The translations under genes were made by a program, and so were the position numbers. From positions 32,001 to 96,000 of the IMG/VR virus record IMGVR_UViG_3300010885_057925: a DNA stretch of 64,000 nucleotides; one strand, written 5' to 3'. Source of the DNA: a virus. The notes under the pieces are model-generated. The model saw only the letters and a program-made list of their open reading frames with translations, did no database searches and had not been told where the DNA came from. Within the stretch, counting starts at the first letter, position 1; each line of letters opens with the position of its first letter. This document shows, one piece after another, positions 50,101 to 57,490 of this stretch.

Positions 50101-50848
50101 ATATGTTATTGGATTGAGAAAATCTAGTGATCGCTTCCCATGGATAATTTCCCTCTGCATTCGGATCGTAAGATCTGGTTTGACCTATGACGCTAGTCAG
50201 CTCGAAAGCTGCTTTCGCGTATCCGTTGTTAAAATTTGTGGATCTTGATCGCAGCTCTCTGAACAGCAGCAGCATGATATCGCTGCTTGAGAGATTGTCG
50301 ATCGGGACGCTGATTATGTCAGAGATTGAAACTGATCTAGCGGAAGCCGGTGACAGGCCATCGACCAGCTTGCCTGTGAGAAAATCTCTGAACTTCTCTT
50401 CGAATCCTTTCTGGGATGATGAGACATCGAGAGAACCTATCAAGCTCTCGACCGATGTCAAAAAGACATTGAGGTCATCGACAAATTTTTTCGCAGCTAC
50501 GACATCATCCTCCGTGGCTTTTTTCAAAGACGACCAGGTCCCCGCTGGATCTTCTTCAAGCGCACGGGTGATCACGTGGGTGACGTCCTGGATCTTGAGT
50601 TGCTCGAGTGATTGAGAGACTTTCAAGTAATTTAAGACTCTCTCATTTCCTGCTAGAAGCTTTGAAATTCCGAGTATCTCCGTCGGAATTTTGGTTGATT
50701 CGACCGCTGGCGTTTCGTCTCGAGATGGAGTTGGTTTCGAGCCCCCAAGAGCAGCTGGAAGATTGGCCCTATTCTTTTCTTGCGATGCTTCTAACCCGCG
50801 AGGCAATCCGCTTGATTTTCTATCTGAGCCTTTCGAAGGAATTGCCAT
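47135..50848 (-). CDS. Large hypothetical protein (1237 aa), low-GC
   Basis: Long ORF packed in the tail/baseplate region; no recognisable motif. Confidence 0.7.
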   Translation of the reverse strand: MAIPSKGSDRKSSGLPRGLEASQEKNRANLPAALGGSKPTPSRDETPAVESTKIPTEILGISKLLAGNERVLNYLKVSQSLEQLKIQDVTHVITRALEEDPAGTWSSLKKATEDDVVAAKKFVDDLNVFLTSVESLIGSLDVSSSQKGFEEKFRDFLTGKLVDGLSPASARSVSISDIISVPIDNLSSSDIMLLLFRELRSRSTNFNNGYAKAAFELTSVIGQTRSYDPNAEGNYPWEAITRFSQSNNISELLLCVHALSSTMNLSAGIARAKSIQSEIGLNVSTIADADKIFDGAKLTSVQKLDDTTTKVVSDGSLYTKRIEPFNHALKIARYDKTDGTKVIPSRKLSGENYVSGERALVRDAIAVGNLNFDELSSYNDQLEASISQLQRITESLVSFLDEQNGLTPISIFKKVLESFADALALADQSAINKYQLIALQEAANDESKIKDSEGRIISKSEFRQYILRCLGSIKYNRIKQNIESASFSSESPASSVTVSTTKTSEDSETLKSDAKVVTTQTKTNVISASSQNTISGRVIARAASDNSNIDEKADRFTKVAISKRGNVVGIGTYDKDVASRISTDEYPEGFQVDISDHPYNYYRESWDAEGTIFSLMVDIYDDLIEKCKNSAPDGYSVVETSGFTAYGKMDEYAIMSLIVSCFSFICYSTFPINLGLSVERVSSGGYWHAKFGFNFGGNTLSPVGSSIRSLISSNNDTASNSASVDFINTRKYVETYQNAYAFLNAYSRSIKEFRRLAITNFTELSKDLSFSSDEGRLKALSEITPHGVALRRAMLKKWSPSETSGYLPRVFSNVSPVVSYLSNLNSEAIPNCFADNSLKNLRVLHVGVPKSTITGQMSDKSNLVKVSIGKVDYRYHIANAFERKDYVFDPALFLGNLGPNVESSETEYYLFDRSGELGPYSYFDINVKYASLNPDVDAATLKQVVVNAYNSAMIERYHYYTSGFVLDESTAIDNDTSISNVGINALNSLSNLSIPDISLPPASSISSIFQDGYVNFNETSSGVSTPKKEILANLASSYILRSSRLLSRLARDFNHDRVLMIPVDPDSFTLEINSNIVLDYGLTFSDVRPVSNSDSSTRVFLKDQDPHNGGMSVCSFSALVSDYRPIIEAPATAPESQDDVPDESVNPRVDDGTPRSRGSWGSRPPEQVVITPPELESSDPGRDQRDRNSDTPPSRRRTNSRRPQKITTETIAQSSQVSSIIQNGSTAMKSFNPKKRR

Positions 50849-53215
50849 TTATCTGCTCCTCGCAGGTCCAAGCGTAGGACCCATATCGTAATTCGAATAG
50901 ACAACTTGAACGTAATAGTTCACGGGCGTTGATTCGGAGGCTAGCGTTTCATCTATAAACATCATTTTCGTGTTTCCGTCGAAGTGAACAGCCCGAAGTG
51001 GCGCCAAAACCCCATTATAGTCCGCGTGCACGATAAGGTGATCTATTTTTCTATCATTCGGAAGAAGAGTCCAGCTTATTTCATTTCCTCTCTGGATTTT
51101 TCTAACGAATACCTCTCCTACCTCAGTGTCTTTACGTGGTATTTCTACAATGACGGCCACTGTGGTCGATGTTGCGCCGGCTATCATCTCGTCGCTTGTA
51201 GAAGATGACGGGTCGTCAGATATCCCTGTCGCTGATACGGCTCTCTTTTGAACCACATTAGACGATAGCACTCCCTTTCTCAGAGATTTTGGAGAGTTGT
51301 ATTTTTTGAGATTGGTGTCAAAATGCTTTCCAGTCTCAACGTCGACTCTGTTTAAATTTGTCTGACTAAAGATCGTGCTCGGTGATCTCACCAGCAGACG
51401 CGCGAAATATATGTACTTCCTACCGGGAACAATATCAGACACGTTGTAGACGCTTCTAGTTCTTGAGCTGTCCTCGAAGACTCCAGAGTTGACGACGCCA
51501 AAATTTTCGACTTGGCCAGTGACGCAATCGAACCTTACGATCTCCAGAGCTGTGAGTTTGTTGAGAAGCTCGCGATTAGATTTAATCTCATTGAGATACT
51601 GCGAGCTTAGTCCGGTCGAGACCAATAATTCATAGACTTGATCTAAAGTTGTTTTCGATGATGACACATCGATTTGAAACGTGACCGTCTTTCCAGAGCC
51701 GTCAGATTCGATTCTGTAATCTTGACTTATCAGAGATTTAGACTCTTCGATGCTCTTGCTGCCGACGTAATGAACCACTGTCGATCGCTGAGATTCATAC
51801 ACATTTCCTCGGATATCGATCAACGCCACCTTGTATTCGAAAGCGGTGTCAGGCCTGAGAGGTTTGTCAAAAAATGAGGTGCTTGACGTCTCTTTATCGA
51901 GAGCTTTCTGATTGCTTCCGTCTACAGATGCAGGGACAGTGAACTCTTTTTCTCGAGTTGTCAGATTTCTTCTTACGATTCTTGTCGCTATCACGCCGTA
52001 CGGAATATTGTGAACGGCAACTTGTATCCCGCTGGATGTCTCATACGCGAAGATCGTAACAGGATCTTCAACGTTCTTCTGCTTTGACAATTTGCTTTTC
52101 GCGATTGTAGAGCTTGAAAATTCTCCGATTGTCTTTCCGGAAGCGTCGTATGAAACAGCGCGGTAAATTCCTGACTGGGCAGATGTCATCGTATCGGGAA
52201 TGTTGAAGGTATCCCCGGAGGACGCGCTCAAATTAGCGATCAGCTCATATGAATCTTCGGTAGCAACGTCTTTGTTTAGAGATTTTCTGTATATCCGAAT
52301 TCCCGCAGCTCGAGGATCCAGCTGCTTGACTCCGATTTTTCTCTTTGTTCCGTTGTCGATGACTGAGATCTTGGGGGCGATCGATGGAACCATCGCATCC
52401 CTTAGCAAGCTCGAGAAATCAACGATCTGATCGATACGCTGAGCGCTGACGCTACCTTTCATAGCTTTCGCTACGACGTTGTAACTGCCAACTCTATCAT
52501 TAGGTATGTACACATCGATCGGGACGGTCACGAAAGTTATCGCTTGCTCCGCTCTTTCAATAGAAGAAAACGTGTTTCCGCTCTTTTGCATTTCTGATCT
52601 CGCAACTTCGAAATGCAGATCTGCGTTGCTGTAATTTCCAGTTGTTCTAATTCCTGATACGCTCTTGGAAAGCGGAGCGTGAAATGGTTTGGAGTTCAGC
52701 TCGCCAGCCGGGTCTTTTTTCTTGTACTCCGCGATTGTCTTATATGAGCTCTTTGCGATTGCAGAGTTAGGAACTACGTTGGCGCTCGCGCCAGACCTAA
52801 CTATCGGTGGCCTGATCGAGTTTTGAGAATTTGAAAGACGAACTGTTGTCAGCTTCTTAAGCTGAGCCCCTGCTTTAATCTCTCGAAGCCTGTCATTCGG
52901 CAAATACTTCGTTATGTCCGACCTGCCAGAATAGACGACAAGATCTTTGTCGCGCTTTAATTTCTCGGAACGTAATGCTGCAACCTGATAGATTCCGGCT
53001 GAATTTGTAGCAGAGAGCTTGGGCGTCGTAACTTTCTCCACGTCCGCCGGCATTACTTCGTAATCCAAAAACAGGATATTATTTTTCACAGCGATCGTAG
53101 CGTCAACGTCAATATAGACCCTGAACATGACGCTTCCGTCCTTAGAACCGATTGCCTCGGGTAAGGTCGAGCTTTTCTTTATCGCCTGAAGCTGAGATTT
53201 AGACTTTAGTCTCAC
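50849..53215 (-). CDS. Hypothetical structural protein, beta-rich/Ig-FN3-like (788 aa)
   Basis: IRIYRK, IYRAVSYD, FFDKPLRPDTAFEYKV, YYVQVVYSN patterns. Confidence 0.6.
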   Translation of the reverse strand: MRLKSKSQLQAIKKSSTLPEAIGSKDGSVMFRVYIDVDATIAVKNNILFLDYEVMPADVEKVTTPKLSATNSAGIYQVAALRSEKLKRDKDLVVYSGRSDITKYLPNDRLREIKAGAQLKKLTTVRLSNSQNSIRPPIVRSGASANVVPNSAIAKSSYKTIAEYKKKDPAGELNSKPFHAPLSKSVSGIRTTGNYSNADLHFEVARSEMQKSGNTFSSIERAEQAITFVTVPIDVYIPNDRVGSYNVVAKAMKGSVSAQRIDQIVDFSSLLRDAMVPSIAPKISVIDNGTKRKIGVKQLDPRAAGIRIYRKSLNKDVATEDSYELIANLSASSGDTFNIPDTMTSAQSGIYRAVSYDASGKTIGEFSSSTIAKSKLSKQKNVEDPVTIFAYETSSGIQVAVHNIPYGVIATRIVRRNLTTREKEFTVPASVDGSNQKALDKETSSTSFFDKPLRPDTAFEYKVALIDIRGNVYESQRSTVVHYVGSKSIEESKSLISQDYRIESDGSGKTVTFQIDVSSSKTTLDQVYELLVSTGLSSQYLNEIKSNRELLNKLTALEIVRFDCVTGQVENFGVVNSGVFEDSSRTRSVYNVSDIVPGRKYIYFARLLVRSPSTIFSQTNLNRVDVETGKHFDTNLKKYNSPKSLRKGVLSSNVVQKRAVSATGISDDPSSSTSDEMIAGATSTTVAVIVEIPRKDTEVGEVFVRKIQRGNEISWTLLPNDRKIDHLIVHADYNGVLAPLRAVHFDGNTKMMFIDETLASESTPVNYYVQVVYSNYDMGPTLGPARSR

Positions 53216-53218
53216 TTT

Positions 53219-54139
53219 TTACTCCAGCTCCAATGTGAACATGTTGATGAAAGTTGGATCGTTCGAGCTGTCAAAATAGATCTTACCGAGGAATATCGTT
53301 CTAACAAGCTTCTGCGGATCTGTCAAAGAACTTCTGTATCCGTAATCGATCGCGTCCAACTTGTTGATTAAGGAATCCGTTCCTATCTCAAACGCCTGCA
53401 TGATAAAATTGTTCTCGCTTGACGCCTCCAAGAACGTTATCTCTGCGCTCTCAAGCTGAGACAAGCGCGACTGCATCGCGATTCTGTCGGTATCACTCTT
53501 CTCATTGTAATCAGGATAATTAGCCAGCGTCTTACCAGCTAGAGCTCCAGCTGAGTTGACGGGTGGAAGGTATTTGAAGTTTGGAAGATTGGAGAGTCGC
53601 ATATCATTCTGCAGTGACTCTATCGAATCTAGGGTGGCCCACTCGACGTCGCCGCGGGAAGAATCGAAGGGAAATCCATCACGAACATTGAATGTGATGG
53701 AGGGCTGAGACACCTGGAACCCTGTGGTTTCAGCAAGTGGGTCATTCGTTCCGATTATCTGATTCCAGCCAAGCGACTGCGTGATTGACTGTAGCAGGAA
53801 GTCTGAAGCCTGGGATATGCTGCCGACCAGATTGGTAGATCCGGAGAGAAGATTCCCGCCAGCAGAGACGGCGATCCCATCTCCAGTGAACGGTCTCAGG
53901 TATCCGGAGTCGTCCGTCTCGAATGTTATCATGTCCGCAGATACATCACCTAGTGCTTCCAGGTATATCTTGGATGATGGATCCTCTATTGATCCGTCTG
54001 TTGTCGCATCGTAAGAAGCTCCAAGATCTGTGAACGTTGCGTACTCGATCTTCATCCTTCCAGATGCGATCTGACGTCGTCCCTGCTGAGTGAGAACGAC
54101 GTCCATGATCCTTGATTTCGGGTCGAGTATACCTGCCAT
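53219..54139 (-). CDS. Virion structural protein, N-terminus paralogous to 44618-45328
   Basis: MAGILD...DVVLTQQGRRQIA...ATFTD versus MGFLD...DAVLTDIGREFLA...ALGD. Confidence 0.65.
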   Translation of the reverse strand: MAGILDPKSRIMDVVLTQQGRRQIASGRMKIEYATFTDLGASYDATTDGSIEDPSSKIYLEALGDVSADMITFETDDSGYLRPFTGDGIAVSAGGNLLSGSTNLVGSISQASDFLLQSITQSLGWNQIIGTNDPLAETTGFQVSQPSITFNVRDGFPFDSSRGDVEWATLDSIESLQNDMRLSNLPNFKYLPPVNSAGALAGKTLANYPDYNEKSDTDRIAMQSRLSQLESAEITFLEASSENNFIMQAFEIGTDSLINKLDAIDYGYRSSLTDPQKLVRTIFLGKIYFDSSNDPTFINMFTLELE

Positions 54140-54158
54140 CTATTTGCACCACCAACCT

Positions 54159-54165
54159 TAATTAT
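54159..54165 (-). promoter_or_regulatory. Putative late promoter ATANNTA (ATAATTA)
   Basis: 19 nt upstream of the 54139 start. Confidence 0.5.
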
Positions 54166-54184
54166 CAGCGGCGCAAGTTCTCAG

Positions 54185-57100
54185 TTAAAGCTTGGTGATC
54201 GTAAGAATTGTATCCTCGGCAGACTGAATTTCTGAGTCGGTCGCGAGCTCGAGATATGAAGTTCCACCTGACGTTGTTGAGGTCTTGGCTTGCATCTTCA
54301 GTGTGGTTCCAGCTGCCAAGAAAACAGTTTTGCTTATTGTGATCGCGCTGGATGCGTAAGCGGCGGACGAGACGGCGTATGCGGCGAGAGTGGCTGACAG
54401 TGAGGAGGTGCTGGAGCTCCAAACCGTGGGGGTAGCTCCACTCTTCAATATCTGAGCAGAGCATATTGCCGAGTATGTTGATCCCTTCGTGACGTTCTTT
54501 ACTCTGAACGCTGCTTGAAGCTCGATCTTGTATCTTCCGCTTTCATTTATCGTGAAAGTTGTCGCAGACTTAGAGCTTGCCGCCGTCAGGATGTCGCTTT
54601 CATTTGTGATGACGTCAGCGAGGTACATGTCCTTGTAGCTTGTTGTGAGCTCAACGTCAGATGTCGAAGAATCTGATCCGAGAGCGACGCAGTAAACTTT
54701 GATACCAGGGCCTGTCTTAGACTTGGTGACGTTGTAGATTTTCGTTACTGTAGAGCCGCTGTAAGTAGCCCGCATTGTGAATGACGTCGAGTCCGCGTTC
54801 CAGGTTACGCATGACAACGAGAACTGGCCGGTAGTCTTATTCAGGTTCAGCTGAAGCTCGTCGATGTAAGCAATGTAATCATTGCCAGACAGCTCACCGC
54901 CCGGGATGCTGAACGTACATGCCGCTGTCACGTCGGTCTTTCCGTTGTACACCTTGAAATATCCGCCGCCGAGGGCTGTCAAGTTCTCTGCGGTGACGAT
55001 TCCACTCGAGTTTGCCGGAATGACCGCGACCTCTTTGGTGAGCTGTCCGGTAAGCGAAGATTCACCGGCGGTTCCCTTGAACGATGACCCGTTCAGCGTC
55101 CAAGTTGAGGAGTTGGTGCGAGTGTAGACCTTGTGGTTGACCGTATCGATGAGTGTGTCACCGACTTCGCAACCATAGCTTGTTGCTCCAGTTGGAGAGC
55201 CAGAAGCTGATATCGCGGATGACGCTACTACTTTCTTCCCGTTGGAGCCGTCCGTTCCATCTTTCCCGTTGCTACCTGGCAGTCCGTCGGCACCGTTAAT
55301 ACCGTTAGCACCGGCAACGCCACCGCGGGCTTTCGTTACCTTGTACACCTTGGTGTACGTCACGCCGTTGTGGATCGCGCGCATCGTAAATTTCGCGAAA
55401 GGTTGGGTCCAGTTAGCTCCAGACAGTGAGTAAGCTCCACCTGATGTGATCGAGAGAGTGAGACCGTTGACAGTAGCGCTTGAGCTTGTGCCCGACGTGC
55501 TGGTGTAGTAAGTGATCCCCGATGCTATCTTCGATCCGCCTGATCGAAGCTCAAACTCTCCCCCTGTATCAGAGAAGTCGTACCCAGCTCCATCGCTGTT
55601 GGTTGGAATAACATCGGAATCGTTCGTGAGCTGGGCAGATATTCCGTCTTTTCCGGGAGTGCCGTCGGTCCCATCCTTGCCGTTCGATCCGTTGCTTCCC
55701 TTAAATGCTAAGCCTGAGTTCCAAGATCCGGTTGCTTTCGTATGAACTTTGAAATTTGAGAGGTCGAGGTAGACTTCATCGTCGTCTCCGTCAGTGTTAG
55801 ACGGAGATCCATTCCCGAATTTAATTGACTTGCCGTTCAACCCAGGAGCACCATCGTTTCCCTTGAACGCAGAGCCTCCGCTCCAATATCCTGACGACTT
55901 TGTGTGAACTTTGAAATCGTTTAGATCAAAGTAGACTTCATCATCATCTCCCAGAGAATCGGATGGTGAACCGTTTCCGAACCTGACGGATTTACCGTTT
56001 AAACCGCTCTGACCGTCATTTCCTCTGAAGCCTAGTCCGATCCCCCACGATCCAGCTGATTTAGAATGAACTTTGAAGCTCGAAAGATCGAGGTAGACTT
56101 CATCGTCGTCTCCGTCAGAGTCCAATGGTGCCCCATTTCCGAACCTGAGAGACTTTCCGTTAATTCCGTTTTGACCGTTGTCTCCAGCGTCTCCCTTATC
56201 CCCTTTTCCTCCAGCAATGCTTCCTTGATCTTCCCAACCCGCTGATGTCCTTTTGTACATCCTCTTGTTGTTCGAATCTACTACGGTATCTCCCACTTTT
56301 GCAGACGCTAATATCGCGTTGGCAGACCACACTGTTTGAGAAAGCTCTGCGAGATTGACCGAATTGGAAAGAGAGACATTCTTTAATTCGCTCGGCTTGT
56401 ATGAATTTCTAGGATCCCAACGATCTCCCGGAACACCGGATGAGTTTCTCTTGTACCACTTGAAGTTTGTCACATCGTGGTAGAGGTCACCAGCTACAGC
56501 ATCACCGATGTCTGATGGGAGCTCTGAAGATGGATCGTCAGGATCACCGGATCCATCGAATACCGTCTTTCCGCTCTTTCCCTTATGGGATGTACGAGAG
56601 ACCCAAGCATCCGATGTCCTCTTGTAGAAGACATGGTTCAGAGTGTCAAGGTAGAGATCACCGTTTTTTACCTCAGACTCCTCGACCCCTGCATCAGCGA
56701 GAGCTGCAGCGTAGACAGTTGGGTTTGTTGGAGAGCCTGCGCCCTCTATAGTGGTTCGACCGTCGTTTCCGTTCGAACCGTTTGAACCGTTCAAACCGCT
56801 CGGTCCAATAGAGCCCAGATACGCGCTTCTGGCGTCCCATCTGTCTCCAGGGATACCGGACGAGTTTCTGCGGTGCCATTTGAAATTCACTACGTCGTGG
56901 TAGAGATCTCCCTCCTCTGCGTCAGAAATATCTGATGGAAGCTCTGAGGCTGGGTCATCCGGATCTCCCGACCCTTCGAATATCGTTCTGCCCCTCTTAC
57001 CCTTGTGAGACGATCTTGAGACCCAGGCGCCAGACACTCTCTTGTAGAAGACGTGATCCGCAGTGTCGAGGAATAAATCACCGTTTTGAACGCCAGAAGA

Positions 57101-57472
57101 CGTTATACCGGCTTCAGAGAGAGCTGCTGCGTAGACAGTTGGGTTCGACGGAGGACCATTACCCTCAAGTGTGGTTCTTCCGTTTGCACCATTCGCTCCG
57201 CCTGAGCCCGAGCCCCCCATCTCAAATCCATCATCCCACCCCGAGAAATCTTTAACATGAATCTTTTTATTGACAGAGTCAAGGTAAATAGACCCATTTT
57301 TTCCTAGCTCTAATGATGGAAGTCCCGATCCAACGTGAACATTTGAAGCCGCTGCATCCGCAAAGCTAGAGGGCGCCTCGGTCAGATCTCCCACGATGAT
57401 AGTATACGTCGAGACCGCGTCTCTGATCGTGTACGTTTTTCCGGGTTCAATTTTAGCCATTTTCTTGTTCAT
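54185..57472 (-). CDS. Tail fibre / receptor-binding protein with short collagen-like segments and tandem beta modules
   Basis: G-X-Y runs (GKGDKGDAGDNGQNG), repeated G.P......G..GD.YLD....Y.K..G.W modules (Mtd N-terminal-like), C-terminal FTINESGRYKIE (BclA/C1q-like). Confidence 0.8.
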   Translation of the reverse strand: MNKKMAKIEPGKTYTIRDAVSTYTIIVGDLTEAPSSFADAAASNVHVGSGLPSLELGKNGSIYLDSVNKKIHVKDFSGWDDGFEMGGSGSGGANGANGRTTLEGNGPPSNPTVYAAALSEAGITSSGVQNGDLFLDTADHVFYKRVSGAWVSRSSHKGKRGRTIFEGSGDPDDPASELPSDISDAEEGDLYHDVVNFKWHRRNSSGIPGDRWDARSAYLGSIGPSGLNGSNGSNGNDGRTTIEGAGSPTNPTVYAAALADAGVEESEVKNGDLYLDTLNHVFYKRTSDAWVSRTSHKGKSGKTVFDGSGDPDDPSSELPSDIGDAVAGDLYHDVTNFKWYKRNSSGVPGDRWDPRNSYKPSELKNVSLSNSVNLAELSQTVWSANAILASAKVGDTVVDSNNKRMYKRTSAGWEDQGSIAGGKGDKGDAGDNGQNGINGKSLRFGNGAPLDSDGDDDEVYLDLSSFKVHSKSAGSWGIGLGFRGNDGQSGLNGKSVRFGNGSPSDSLGDDDEVYFDLNDFKVHTKSSGYWSGGSAFKGNDGAPGLNGKSIKFGNGSPSNTDGDDDEVYLDLSNFKVHTKATGSWNSGLAFKGSNGSNGKDGTDGTPGKDGISAQLTNDSDVIPTNSDGAGYDFSDTGGEFELRSGGSKIASGITYYTSTSGTSSSATVNGLTLSITSGGAYSLSGANWTQPFAKFTMRAIHNGVTYTKVYKVTKARGGVAGANGINGADGLPGSNGKDGTDGSNGKKVVASSAISASGSPTGATSYGCEVGDTLIDTVNHKVYTRTNSSTWTLNGSSFKGTAGESSLTGQLTKEVAVIPANSSGIVTAENLTALGGGYFKVYNGKTDVTAACTFSIPGGELSGNDYIAYIDELQLNLNKTTGQFSLSCVTWNADSTSFTMRATYSGSTVTKIYNVTKSKTGPGIKVYCVALGSDSSTSDVELTTSYKDMYLADVITNESDILTAASSKSATTFTINESGRYKIELQAAFRVKNVTKGSTYSAICSAQILKSGATPTVWSSSTSSLSATLAAYAVSSAAYASSAITISKTVFLAAGTTLKMQAKTSTTSGGTSYLELATDSEIQSAEDTILTITKL
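55690..56161 (-). repeat. Three tandem 162-nt (54-aa) repeats within the fibre gene
   Basis: NGKS[LVI][RK]FGNG.P....GDDDEVY.DL..FKVH.K..G.W..G..F.G repeated at about 56161, 55999 and 55837. Confidence 0.85.
56410..57181 (-). repeat. Two tandem 420-nt (140-aa) repeats within the fibre gene
   Basis: GRTT.EG.G.P.NPTVYAAAL...SHKGK.G.T.F.GSGDPDDP.SELPSDI...GDRWD.R starting at 57181 and 56761. Confidence 0.85.
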
Positions 57473-57490
57473 TTTCGCTCTCTAGGTTTG

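Noticed and set aside
54185-57472. Diversity-generating retroelement target (Mtd-like modules and repeats)
   Set aside because: The repeats are in-frame protein modules with general divergence, not adenine-specific TR/VR pairs; there is no reverse transcriptase or C-type lectin tip in the window.
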